Source: a virus (taxonomy: Duplodnaviria; Caudoviricetes). Taken from it: 47,033 nucleotides of DNA. A program made the translations under genes and the position numbers. Positions 1 to 9,727 of this stretch are shown piece by piece (position 1 is the first letter of the stretch; each line of letters starts with the position of its first letter). The stretch spans positions 1-47,033 of the IMG/VR virus record IMGVR_UViG_3300009117_000043; one strand, written 5' to 3'. The notes beneath the pieces are model-generated. The model saw only the letters and a program-made list of their open reading frames with translations, searched no databases and had not been told where the DNA came from.

Positions 1-513
1 ATGGCAAAACATAGTTTTGAATTTAAGAAAAAAATTGTTTTAGAACACTTGGATGGGAAAGGGGGAACATCTTATCTTTCCAAAATATATGGTCTAGGTT
101 CTAATACGCAACTGCGTAAGTGGATTAGTATATATCGTCAATTCGGTGATGAAGGATTAATGCGTTGTAGAGAAAATATAAAATACTCTTTCGAATATAA
201 ACTTCATGTAGTAGAATTATATTTAACAAGTGAAATCTCATATCAGGAATTAGCTCTTACAGAAGGTATTTTCAATCCAGCTCTTCTTACTAAGTGGGTA
301 AATGATTTTAGAATCGCTGGACCTGATGCATTGAGACCAAAGAAGAAAGGTCGGAAGAAATCATTGGAGTCAAAGACAAAGAAGAATGCTAATGTTCAAG
401 CCAGCGAAGCAATACCAGTTGATACAGGTGCAGAACATATCAAACAGCTTGAAGATGAATTACTTAAACTTAAAAGATTTCGGTTATCGCCGTATGCATG
501 CTATACTTCGTAA
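1..513 (+). pseudogene. IS3-family transposase OrfA with two HTH repeats, C-terminus truncated
   Basis: KHSFEFKKKIV and KYSFEYKLHVV HTH repeats. The leucine zipper breaks off after LEDELLKL at about 470. Confidence 0.8.
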
Positions 514-1192
514 ACAAGGATACACGGTGAACAAAAAGAAAGTTCAGAGAATTATGCGAAAATTTAAACTCCAGGTCACATCCTTTACAAGAAAAAGTCG
601 AAAATATAATTCGTATAAAGGAAAAGTAGGGCGAATTGCACCAAACAGAATTCATAGACGTTTTCACACGTGCATTCCACATCAGAAGATTACTACGGAT
701 ACTACAGAATTCAAATATTACGAGATTGATGATAATGGGCGAATGACTATTAAAAAGTTATATTTGGATCCGTTTTTAGACTTGTTCAACGGAGAAATAC
801 TAAGCTATGGAATTAGCAGAAATCCATCAGCAGTAAATATTTTGTCTGCCCAGAAACAAGCGATAAAAATAACATCGGACTGTCCATACAGAAGAACCTT
901 TCATTCTGACCGTGGCTGGGCTTATCAAATGCCGGCGTATTCACTTATGCTAAAAGATAGCAGAATCTTTCAAAGTATGTCGCGAAAAGGTAACTGTTAT
1001 GATAACTCTGTTATGGAAAACTTCTTTGGAATATTGAAGCAAGAAATGTACTATGGAATTACTTACTATAGCTTTGATAATCTAAAGGATGCGATTGAAA
1101 AATACATAAAGTATTATAACGAAAAAAGAATTAAAGAGAAACTAGAATGGATGAGTCCTGTGGAATACAGGCTCAATACCTTGGTTGCATAA
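470..1192 (+). pseudogene. IS3-family transposase OrfB (integrase core), N-terminus missing
   Basis: GYRRMH, TDTTEF, HSDRGWAY, SMSRKGNCYDNSVMENFFG and YIKYYN motifs. Recognisable similarity starts abruptly at KDFGYRR. Confidence 0.85.
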
Positions 1193-1384
1193 AAATAACG
1201 TAGCAGCTTTAAAACTGCTACGCTAAAAAAGTCTAACTTTTTGGGGTCACATCAATTTTATGACCTCAACTTAACCTCTTATATCACCCTATTTTATAAA
1301 AACACCCTATGTCATCTATATTTCCATCATTTTTCAAGGCTCAAAAACGGCACTTTTTTGCCCATTTTCAAGCCTCAAAATCAT

Positions 1385-1492
1385 TTCAACGTGGCTTGAG
1401 AGGACAGAATGAATGTCATTTGAGTATGTTCGTTCTCGGAAACATATCCACTGCGTTTTTAGCACTATCGGTAGACGGGAACATATCCATTC
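1385..1492 (-). other. Probable attachment-site remnant resembling the 3' end of rlmD/rumA
   Basis: Minus strand reads GTG GAT ATG TTT CCG AGA ACG (VDMFPRT, 1431-1451), a second ggatatgttccc copy near 1478-1490, and CAC GTT GAA (HVE, 1385-1393). These match the RlmD C-terminal VDMFPxTxHVE motif. Confidence 0.5.
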
Positions 1493-1778
1493 ATGATAAA
1501 AAATAACGTGTCTAATTGCATAATCATGATTGAGTAGAGTTGTCAAAAGAATAAACATAACGTATTTCAGTAAGTTTTTTTCCTGCAATTTCAATAATGC
1601 ATTCATCGTCTTCATTGCATCGCCACTTATTCTTCCGGCTGAATCAATACTACCCCCTGCTCTGAGATGACAATAATGATATCACCTGAAGCTGGTATCC
1701 CCTTGTTGGAAGTATATCTTTTAAAAAATTTGACAAAACTTATCATCTAGTACAATTTCCATGCCTAAAACCACAATA

Positions 1779-2273
1779 TTAATATCCCTCGACTACTATA
1801 ACTTCACCTTCTTCAGCAGTTGGGGGTTGAAAATGATCATAATAAGTGGAAGCTGTTTGCTCCGTCAATATGATATCATTTTGATGATTTCCGTTTCTTT
1901 TTCGAATACGTTCCATAACAACTTCCTTAGGTGTCTTTATATAATAGATTTTGGGTTCTATGTCGTATTTCTTTAATAATGAAATATATTCATTTCTCAT
2001 TTCTCTAGACCAAAATGAATAATCGAGAACAATATCAATGTTTTGCATGATAAGTGAAATTAGTTTTTCATCAAGATAGGTTTTAATATCTTCTAAAACC
2101 TCCTGAGGTAAAGGATGTTCATTCAAACCTCGTTTGAATGATTCTTCATCATAAGATAGTATTGTCATCCCGGTACTTTCAAATTTTTTTGCTAGTGTTG
2201 ATTTACCTGCTCCCGCAGGGCCGCACATTAAAATAACTTTACTTTTCGACAAATTATCTACTGTATTTTTCAT
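1779..2273 (-). CDS. AAA_33-type P-loop kinase/ATP-binding protein
   Basis: Walker A GPAGAGKS, DIVLDYSFW and a lid-like RIRKRN segment; ggagg RBS. Confidence 0.8.
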   Translation of the reverse strand: MKNTVDNLSKSKVILMCGPAGAGKSTLAKKFESTGMTILSYDEESFKRGLNEHPLPQEVLEDIKTYLDEKLISLIMQNIDIVLDYSFWSREMRNEYISLLKKYDIEPKIYYIKTPKEVVMERIRKRNGNHQNDIILTEQTASTYYDHFQPPTAEEGEVIVVEGY

Positions 2274-2317
2274 TGATATAACCTCCTATAACAAACCAAG
2301 AAAACATGACACTCTCC

Positions 2318-2717
2318 TTAAGCATTATTACTATTCGCTCTTTTCATGATTTCCTGTACTATTGATGTTTTAGCATTCGCATAGTGCTGGACATGCCTCC
2401 ATTTATTCTTTGCCAAGCTTCGTTTGACTTGTGCATATTTGTCCCGATCAGTATCATTAGTCCGCAACCAATCACGGAAGCGTAACATTCTATCAATCTC
2501 TGATGTGCCCAAACTGAACACATGCAGATTAATATCGGTATCCGGTCCTTTAAACAAACGATGCTCAAACCAGTCAGGTTCTCGAATCTGTAGCACATAT
2601 CCGGCCGCTTCCAACACTGGAACGTAGGATGACTCATCAGCAGAATCCTTAACAACCAACCGTATTCTTTTGCAACTCATCATCCGTTGTAGGCATGGAG
2701 GTATTATTAGATATCAT
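2318..2717 (-). pseudogene. GrpB/UPF0157-family nucleotidyltransferase-like protein with internal deletion and frameshift
   Basis: An RBS-preceded start (MISNNTSMPTTDDELQKNTVG) stops at about 2650. The C-terminal half (NLHVF, RFRDWLR, Y..K) is in another frame and the HVGSTS..KPIID core is absent. Confidence 0.75.
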
Positions 2718-2811
2718 CTTATCGCACTCCTTTGCTGCTTATTATCTAGGGTTAAACTTAACTACTATTTTTTCTTTGCAATATAAAATACATAACTGTA
2801 ATAATCTACTA

Positions 2812-3306
2812 CTAATCTAAAATAAAGCGATTATAAGCTATCCTTTTTCCTGTGTTTGTTTTAAAGTTTTCATCTATACACTTTTTTATCTTTTCCTGTT
2901 CTTTTTCTTTATCCATAACCGTTAAATTTTCAAGCAAATCAGCTTCCCATTGTATTTGAAAATCAAGTCCATCAATTTTAGATGGAGTATGATGGTTGCC
3001 TATTATAAAGCATATTCTATCAATATTTTTGTTATAGCCTACCTTTTTTAATATTTCTTTCGCTACTTCTGGTCCTTCCTTTTCTTGATAGACACCATCA
3101 ATAGAACCGTATTTTTTTTGTGCTTCAACCGCACCAATATCATGTAGTATAGCAATAATACTGATGAATTCTTTTTCTTCCTCTCCGATATTTTCTCCTT
3201 TCATTATATCTTCTGCATTTTTCAAAACTTTGAGAGTATGCTCTATGCCAAAAGGAATTTCTTTGAATACTTCTTTCATCTCTATAATAATTTTTTCTTT
3301 AAACAT
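2812..3306 (-). CDS. HD-domain phosphohydrolase
   Basis: H...HD...HH...D motif (EHTLKV, LHDIG, NHHT, EADLL); very AT-rich. Confidence 0.85.
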   Translation of the reverse strand: MFKEKIIIEMKEVFKEIPFGIEHTLKVLKNAEDIMKGENIGEEEKEFISIIAILHDIGAVEAQKKYGSIDGVYQEKEGPEVAKEILKKVGYNKNIDRICFIIGNHHTPSKIDGLDFQIQWEADLLENLTVMDKEKEQEKIKKCIDENFKTNTGKRIAYNRFILD

Positions 3307-3343
3307 AAATTACCTCCATTTATACCTTATAGGTGTTTTAGTT

Positions 3344-4084
3344 CTATCTATCCACTTTTTTGTTCGCCGATACAATCAGCATCATGGGACGGCGCATTTC
3401 ATCCTGCATCCCCGGAATATCCATCATGTTTTCCGGCGGCTGCGGCTCCACAATATGATTTATTATAAAACCATTTGAAAGCAGTGTATTTAGATATGTG
3501 GTCAGTGTTCTATGATATTTTGTAACCTTTTCTCCCAAAAACACAGCTGTCCGTTTGCCCTCATAATAATAATTATCCACCGGAAAATGCAGTATTTCTC
3601 CTTTTTCGTTATAATGCCAGTCTTGTGTTCCATAGGCAGTAAAAACAGGATGTTCAACCGTAAAAACTAGCTTACCACCAGACTTCAGTATTCTATATAT
3701 CTTTTTTACTAAAATCTCATAATCTGCTACATAGTGAAACGCAAGTGAACTTAATATTACATCAAAACTCTCCTCTGGGAATTCCACATCTTCTATAGCA
3801 CAGCATTTATATTCAACCTGTGGAAAATGTGTTTTTTCTTTGGCTACCTCGAGCATTTTATGAGAAATATCAACACCTACAACAGAAGACGCTCCGTGTT
3901 CCATCGCATAAATACAGTGCGATCCATAGCCGCATCCTAAATCAAGCACACGCTTATCTTTAAAATCCGGCAGCAGCTTTCTCAATGTTTCCCATTCTCC
4001 TGCACCGGCTAGTCCCTGCTGTGAGCGACTCATTTGACTGTATTTTTGAAAAAATATATTATCATCATATTTGTTTTCTTTCAT
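3344..4084 (-). CDS. Class I SAM-dependent methyltransferase
   Basis: VLDLGCGYG motif I, GVDIS and FDVILSSLAFHY; start overlaps the upstream stop (ATGA). Confidence 0.9.
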   Translation of the reverse strand: MKENKYDDNIFFQKYSQMSRSQQGLAGAGEWETLRKLLPDFKDKRVLDLGCGYGSHCIYAMEHGASSVVGVDISHKMLEVAKEKTHFPQVEYKCCAIEDVEFPEESFDVILSSLAFHYVADYEILVKKIYRILKSGGKLVFTVEHPVFTAYGTQDWHYNEKGEILHFPVDNYYYEGKRTAVFLGEKVTKYHRTLTTYLNTLLSNGFIINHIVEPQPPENMMDIPGMQDEMRRPMMLIVSANKKVDR

Positions 4085-4938
4085 CTGAATTCCCCCTCGT
4101 TTAAAAAGTTATTTATCTCCGTTGCAATTTTTTTCACTTCTTTATAAAGCTTCTCGGTCATATCGTAGCATTCAAAAAGTGAAAGACCGAGTACTTCAAA
4201 AATATGATTTACCCTTTCGGCATATTTTTTAGGTTTATATTCAAAAGTTTCAAGCAGTTTTATAGCTTTCTTTTCGTTAATGCAATAAGCATTATTGCAT
4301 GCAAATAGTACTTGATTTAAGCATGAAATAATACGAAAAACATGGCCTGCAATATAATATTTATCCTCTGCTCCCGCATTTGCTTTTACAAACATTAAAG
4401 AGAACTCTGCTTCAAATAAAAAAAAGTTTATCAAGCTCTTCTTTAGAGCACCAGGGTAAATTTCCGCCTGATTTTTTAATTCGCATAAGCTTTCATTTTT
4501 AGCATATTGTATCTTGCTGATAGCCAATTCTCCACGATACATAGCACTTATATAACCATGGGGATGCCCGGTCTGATAATTTGCAGTAACAATTCCTTGC
4601 TCCGTATCCTTGATTATTTGTTCCACCCGTTTTATATCACGTAAAATCAGATCAACATGATACCCGTTCATAACTAACCATCCGCCGCCATTGATCCAAT
4701 CACCCCACGCTCCGGGAGGTACAACAAGGTTGTTTCTATTCTCATCATCCAACTCTGTAGCAATTTGGTTAATCGCTGTCAGGTCAAATGATTCTTGATT
4801 GTAATAAATTCCGATATCTATATCAGAATCCTCTGTATGGGTACCTCTTGCACGGGATCCCCCTAATACGATGCCTTCTATATAAGGCAAAGAGGATAAT
4901 TTTTCTGTCACTGATTGAATAATATTATATATCATACG
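4081..4938 (-). CDS. Nucleotidyltransferase-domain protein (pol-beta superfamily)
   Basis: LGGSRARG..DSDIDI signature; start uncertain (4935-4965). Confidence 0.85.
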   Translation of the reverse strand, partial: RMIYNIIQSVTEKLSSLPYIEGIVLGGSRARGTHTEDSDIDIGIYYNQESFDLTAINQIATELDDENRNNLVVPPGAWGDWINGGGWLVMNGYHVDLILRDIKRVEQIIKDTEQGIVTANYQTGHPHGYISAMYRGELAISKIQYAKNESLCELKNQAEIYPGALKKSLINFFLFEAEFSLMFVKANAGAEDKYYIAGHVFRIISCLNQVLFACNNAYCINEKKAIKLLETFEYKPKKYAERVNHIFEVLGLSLFECYDMTEKLYKEVKKIATEINNFLNEGEFR

Positions 4939-4954
4939 AACACACTCCTTTATT

Positions 4955-6172
4955 TTATTTTGCATCTAATTTTCTAATCTCAGTTATCATTGGGCAAACT
5001 ATTGCAATGCAAATAATTAAAATACCTGATAGTAAAAACCAATGATTTACACCGATTCTATCAGCAAAGAATCCAGAAAGAATTAACCCAATTGGCATAG
5101 CAAGAGACATGATACTTCCAGTTAAAGAAAATACACGTCCTAAATATTCAGGCTTAATTTTCTCCTGAAAAAGAGCTGTTTGCACACCGCTGTAAAACGG
5201 AACCGAAAGCCCCATTATTGCACAGCAGACTACAAATATGAAAAATCCACTTTGAGGAAGTAATCCTAAAATGGTTAAGCTTATCCCCATCATAAAAATT
5301 GATGCCGTTATTAATAAGATTCGCTTTTGGTAATTCCCAAATAACCCTAATAATAGACCCCCTATCAACATACCAGAGGCATAAGCAATCTCCGTAATAG
5401 AAATATGCATCGGTGTACCATTAAAATATTCCATAGTGATTAAAGGATATAATGCATTTATGGGCATATAAACAAACATATATAATGTTCCAACGAGTAA
5501 TAAAGCAAATAATCCTTTATTTTGCCGTAGTACAGCCATTCCTTCTTTCATTTCTCTTATGAAATTTGGTTTCAAACTTTGCACTTGATCACCCAGCTTA
5601 GGAATACGTACAATTGCTACCGTAATAGATGCAATCACAGCACCCAATACATCGATGGCAATAATAGCATTTAGTTCCCAAACGGAGTATAAGAGTGCTG
5701 CAACCGCCGGACTAACAATATAGCTTATAGACTGCAAAGACTGACTATAGCCTGCACATTTCGTAAGCTGTTCTTCTGGTACTAAAAGTGGCGTAACCGC
5801 ATTGAGAGCCGGGGTATGAAAAGCTGTTCCAATGCTACGGATAAACAATACTACCATAACCATCCAGATAGGTAACTCCATATACAATGCAACAATAGCT
5901 AGCACGGCCCCAGCTGCTGCGATAATTAAATCAGCACCAATCATTATCTTCTTCCTATCATGACGATCCACTAATACACCAATGGCTGGTCCAAAGACCG
6001 CATAGGGTAAAAAACCTACTAGTGAAGCCATAGACAAGACCATCGCAGATCCTGTTTTCTCTGTAAGGTAAAAAATGATCGCCATTTGCAGGATGGCACT
6101 AGTGATTAATGATACTGCCTGCCCTGCCCATATTGTATAAAACTTAAGTTTCCAATTGTTGTATTTTTCCAT
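4955..6172 (-). CDS. mef(A): Macrolide efflux MFS transporter, Mef(A)/Mef(E) family
   Basis: 405 aa beginning MEKYNNWKLKFYTIWAGQAVSLITSAILQMA, the recognisable Mef N-terminus, with an MFS hydrophobic pattern. The exact allele cannot be assigned by eye. Confidence 0.95.
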   Translation of the reverse strand: MEKYNNWKLKFYTIWAGQAVSLITSAILQMAIIFYLTEKTGSAMVLSMASLVGFLPYAVFGPAIGVLVDRHDRKKIMIGADLIIAAAGAVLAIVALYMELPIWMVMVVLFIRSIGTAFHTPALNAVTPLLVPEEQLTKCAGYSQSLQSISYIVSPAVAALLYSVWELNAIIAIDVLGAVIASITVAIVRIPKLGDQVQSLKPNFIREMKEGMAVLRQNKGLFALLLVGTLYMFVYMPINALYPLITMEYFNGTPMHISITEIAYASGMLIGGLLLGLFGNYQKRILLITASIFMMGISLTILGLLPQSGFFIFVVCCAIMGLSVPFYSGVQTALFQEKIKPEYLGRVFSLTGSIMSLAMPIGLILSGFFADRIGVNHWFLLSGILIICIAIVCPMITEIRKLDAK

Positions 6173-6228
6173 TTATATTATCTCCTGCATATTATTTTAC
6201 TTGAATTTCTATTTTGAATAGCATTCTA

Positions 6229-6420
6229 GGCAATAAAAAATGCAGGCCTAAATCCACAATGTGGCTTTTGGTCTGCATACATACAATTTGGAAACATTCA
6301 TATTAAAGACATAGTTAAATAACTTATATCTCACCGTAACTAATGAATGCTCAATATCGTATAAATAAGCACAACAAAAAAGCCTATCATCGGGGATAGA
6401 TTCTGCTTTTTTTTATTGCC
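6229..6420 (-). promoter_or_regulatory. mef attenuator region with two terminator-like hairpins
   Basis: Minus-strand atgcagaccaaaagccac/gtggatttaggcctgcat-tttttt (about 6235-6278) and ctatc-cccgat-gataggc-tttttt (about 6376-6402). Confidence 0.75.
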
Positions 6421-6423
6421 AGC

Positions 6424-6450
6424 TTATCTTAAACGCATTGAGGCTGTCAT
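6424..6450 (-). CDS. mef leader peptide MTASMRLR
   Basis: aggagg RBS then ATG ACA GCC TCA ATG CGT TTA AGA TAA. This matches the known mef leader with the macrolide-sensitive RLR stalling motif. Confidence 0.9.
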   Translation of the reverse strand: MTASMRLR

Positions 6451-6491
6451 AGTTTCGGTTCCTCCTAAACTCTTATTCGTATCAGCATATA

Positions 6492-6520
6492 TTTTAACAC
6501 AATAAGTTGTTTTAAACAAC
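6492..6520 (-). promoter_or_regulatory. Sigma-A-type promoter of the mef leader
   Basis: TTGTTT-17 nt-TAAAAT with a TGn extension. Confidence 0.55.
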
Positions 6521-6590
6521 GTTTAAAATTGAAAAAAGCCACGGACAGTACAACAAACATATACATCTCAGGAAGATAATATTGATTTAA

Positions 6591-7181
6591 TTATAGATTA
6601 CCTGAATATACCGATAAGCCATGCTTAATACAATAAACAAATAGTTTGCCACCGGTAGTTATAGGAAACCTACAAGTTGGACTTTGTTCTGGGTACAAGC
6701 GATTTAGAAATACTCTGTCACTTTTAACACAGGCCACAAAAGAAAGATAATGATCTTTGGTCATTGGATGGTCAAAAGTGACAAAGTAATCAGTATCTAT
6801 TTCCTCTACCGTGATTTTTGGTGCAATAGTTGCAACAGTAGGCAAGATACGTTCTAACTTTCTTCCGCAGCAGAAGATAGAGGCACTTCCTGTGCTCACC
6901 AAAATATTTCCACAGGAAGGACAGACGTAAAAACGTACTTTATCAATATTGCCGCTATCCGGCTTATTTGATGTGATTTCACCCTCCATCATCTGTTTCA
7001 TATCAACACCCAAAATAGTAGATAGTTCTGGCCACAGCGATAGGTCAGGACATCCTAAACCACATTCCCATTTTGAAACAGTTTTATTTTGAATACCCAG
7101 TGCATCTGCAATATTTCTCTGGGTAAGTTTTTTTTCCTTTCGTAGCTTGGCAATTAAATTGCCTATTTTCACACAGTCCAT
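6591..7181 (-). CDS. XRE-family HTH regulator fused to a desulfoferrodoxin-like metal-binding domain
   Basis: LRKEKKLTQ..TVSKWECG HTH; CPSCGN, CCG, HPMTKDH and YCIKHG motifs. Confidence 0.85.
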   Translation of the reverse strand: MDCVKIGNLIAKLRKEKKLTQRNIADALGIQNKTVSKWECGLGCPDLSLWPELSTILGVDMKQMMEGEITSNKPDSGNIDKVRFYVCPSCGNILVSTGSASIFCCGRKLERILPTVATIAPKITVEEIDTDYFVTFDHPMTKDHYLSFVACVKSDRVFLNRLYPEQSPTCRFPITTGGKLFVYCIKHGLSVYSGNL

Positions 7182-7214
7182 GCCACCACCTCCATTTCTC
7201 TTTAGTATATCATA

Positions 7215-9254
7215 CTACATGAACCTTGCGATTATTTGTACCAACCTTGCTGGAAGCTGCTTCAAATCGGTTATATCCAGTGTGTTTTCAGCACCGTAAA
7301 GTTCTCGGATGGCCTCCTTATCCTGTCCAATGGCTGCAGCTAGGAACTGGATGCCTTTTCGCCTAAATTCCTGCAAAGTATCTTTCATATCATACGCTGC
7401 CTTTTCACCTGAATAATCAGGCATAGCCTTAGGCTGCCCGTCACTGATGCTGATTATTAATTTGGATTTTTGGGGCGCATTAAGCAATCTATCGGAAATA
7501 ATGCGCAATGCCATGCCATCCCGATTGTTGCTGCGAGCCTGAATGTTCATAAGAGCATATTTTTCATCTGCATCTTTGCTTTCAAAGTCTACATAGGCAT
7601 GGATGGACATTTGCTCAAGCTTGGAGCGGTCTGCTGTATCCCCGTAGACCATGATTGGAATACCGCATCTTGTGCAAAATTCATACAAGGCAACAGCAGC
7701 TTGCTTTGCAGCTTCTAATCGGCCAAAGGCTGACATCGAAGCCGATTCATCAATCCTGAGAGCAACCGCAATAGAGGGTTCTTCCTCAGGCGGACGCTTG
7801 CGGGCAAATGTGCGAAAATCCATAGAGGCAACCTGATCCGCACAAAATTTTGTGCCATACAACCTCGATTTCGCGAATTCAGCAGATAATTCATGCTCCA
7901 ACAGCGGATTTGTTTTTCTGATTAATTCCCGAATAACTGGCATCAAAGTTGTCATCATACGGTTATACTCTTCCCTGTTCTGGTAGGTAACTTCCGGACG
8001 ATGGACAATCAACTTAATGTCTTCATGGACACTTCCTTGAACACTTTGCCGTGCTTCCCTGTTCAACTGTTTACGAAATTCTTTTTTTTGTAATTCGGTT
8101 GTATCTGATTTATCGAGCTCATGATAGAATGGAGTGCCATTTTCTCCATTATCATTGCTTGAAATATCAGTATTTTTATCACTGCTCGTATCAGAATGCC
8201 CCTCACTGTCTTCTGATTTTCTCAGACGCACTGCATTTTTATCAGCTTGATCTGTCTTGGCCGAGAATTCTCCGTTTTCGGTAATATTAAGTTCCATTAC
8301 TTCAGGATTTTCTCCGTCTTTTTGCGATTGACAGATGTGATCCATTTCCTCAAGCTTTTCTGTCAAGCCATGACTAGCCAGTGCCTGCTCTAAAATAACA
8401 AGCTCCTGCGGATCGGTCGTGATTTTGTATAACACCTTATAATATAAACTTTTTTGGATTGAGGCACCACTTTGAACGGCATCCACCCAAAAGATATAAG
8501 AACGCATACCGGCCACACCTTTAATGGCATTGGCGCGGGCTGTCTCATCCAGCACCATAATCGTTTCAGCTAAAAGAGATAGTACAGGTTCAGATTCATA
8601 ACCGGTCTTAGCTTTAACCCGCTCCATCATCACTTCTTTAGGCGGTAAATCTAGTTTTTCTGCATGCTGCACTCGATCTCGCAAAGCTTCATTTAAGGGC
8701 CGGAAGCCATTGTAACCGCGGTTTGTTGTGATAACCGCAATAAAATCAGGGTGACGATGCGCGATACGAGTTGGCAAGTTTAGACTGCCATCTGGTTCTA
8801 ATGCGGAATTTAGCGCCATTAAAACAGCAGCATCCCGAATCACTGTCGGTTCCTGAATCTCCAAGAGCCATCCATTTTCATATGCACGAACAATCTCAGA
8901 AGGATAATAGCGATATTCAACCTTATCAGAATGACCATCTTCTTCTGACAGCACCGGAAGAATCGCACCCAGGACATCGGATTTATCCATATCTGCAAAA
9001 CAGGTTACTTTCGTATAAGGCAGGTTAAAATCAGCAGATAAAGCTTTGGCAATCTCGGTTTTTCCCGAACCAGCATCCCCTTCCAGCAAAATGGTGCTAA
9101 TTTTCATTTCACCGCAATTCCAATTTCGTACGATCTCTTCATATATTCGTTTTTCTGCTTCACTTTCAATATGTGAAGGCGGCTTTTTCCAGACAAGCGA
9201 CTGTTCCTCTTCAGTCAGCTGCCTGTCCGGTGACAAAATACAAGTCTTTTTCAT
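7215..9254 (-). CDS. MoxR/CbbQ-type AAA+ ATPase fused to a CobT-like vWA domain
   Basis: GDAGSGKT Walker A, TTNRGY, LNEALRDR Arg finger, acidic linker, and MIDAS DESASM...ISDGQP. Confidence 0.85.
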   Translation of the reverse strand: MKKTCILSPDRQLTEEEQSLVWKKPPSHIESEAEKRIYEEIVRNWNCGEMKISTILLEGDAGSGKTEIAKALSADFNLPYTKVTCFADMDKSDVLGAILPVLSEEDGHSDKVEYRYYPSEIVRAYENGWLLEIQEPTVIRDAAVLMALNSALEPDGSLNLPTRIAHRHPDFIAVITTNRGYNGFRPLNEALRDRVQHAEKLDLPPKEVMMERVKAKTGYESEPVLSLLAETIMVLDETARANAIKGVAGMRSYIFWVDAVQSGASIQKSLYYKVLYKITTDPQELVILEQALASHGLTEKLEEMDHICQSQKDGENPEVMELNITENGEFSAKTDQADKNAVRLRKSEDSEGHSDTSSDKNTDISSNDNGENGTPFYHELDKSDTTELQKKEFRKQLNREARQSVQGSVHEDIKLIVHRPEVTYQNREEYNRMMTTLMPVIRELIRKTNPLLEHELSAEFAKSRLYGTKFCADQVASMDFRTFARKRPPEEEPSIAVALRIDESASMSAFGRLEAAKQAAVALYEFCTRCGIPIMVYGDTADRSKLEQMSIHAYVDFESKDADEKYALMNIQARSNNRDGMALRIISDRLLNAPQKSKLIISISDGQPKAMPDYSGEKAAYDMKDTLQEFRRKGIQFLAAAIGQDKEAIRELYGAENTLDITDLKQLPARLVQIIARFM

Positions 9255-9256
9255 TG

Positions 9257-9727
9257 TTAGTAACACTCCAACTCTTCTAGTATGCGGCTAAGCACTCGCC
9301 TGCGTTCTCCAATTATTTCTCCTAAATCATTTAAACTTTGGGCAAATGCTTTGATGTCCTCATTGATATTTTGATTGTCTACACACACTTCTACTGGTAA
9401 TACCCCACCTTGTACTCCAACTCGTTCCACTGTGGGTTTTTCCGGGTCATATAAAAGGGGGAGTCGGTAAGCCTCCTTGAAGTAAAGCAATGTCCTGGAC
9501 AAAAAAATCATCAAATCAAATATTTGATGGATGGGCAGCTCCTGGGCCAAAATCAATTCACCATCTTTATCATTTTTCCAAATCTGTGCGGCAATCTGCA
9601 TTTTTTTATTTTCTTCCCGCATAGGCGCACCTAACGTTAAACATTTGATGTCAGATTGATAAGCATTTCTGCCATCTATACGGTCATAATCATTTGACAC
9701 CATAACAACTTTTTCATTCATCGCCAT
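9257..9727 (-). CDS. Conserved hypothetical protein (DUF6530-like)
   Basis: Clean 156-aa ORF coupled to both neighbours; family recalled from memory only. Confidence 0.6.
   Translation of the reverse strand: MAMNEKVVMVSNDYDRIDGRNAYQSDIKCLTLGAPMREENKKMQIAAQIWKNDKDGELILAQELPIHQIFDLMIFLSRTLLYFKEAYRLPLLYDPEKPTVERVGVQGGVLPVEVCVDNQNINEDIKAFAQSLNDLGEIIGERRRVLSRILEELECY

Larger units (their letters stand above)
1..1254 (+). mobile_element. IS3-family (IS150-like) insertion sequence, left end outside the window, probably internally deleted
   Basis: HTH OrfA followed by a DDE OrfB. The right end gtctaactttttggggtcacatca finishes in CA at 1254, as expected for an IS3-family IRR. Confidence 0.9.

Noticed and set aside
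386-470. ORF-track N-terminus of OrfB
   Set aside because: It is an out-of-frame reading of orfA; transposase similarity starts only at about 470.
1334-1615. 93-aa minus-strand ORF
   Set aside because: It has no RBS or recognisable family and appears to be a degraded gene running into att-like sequence.
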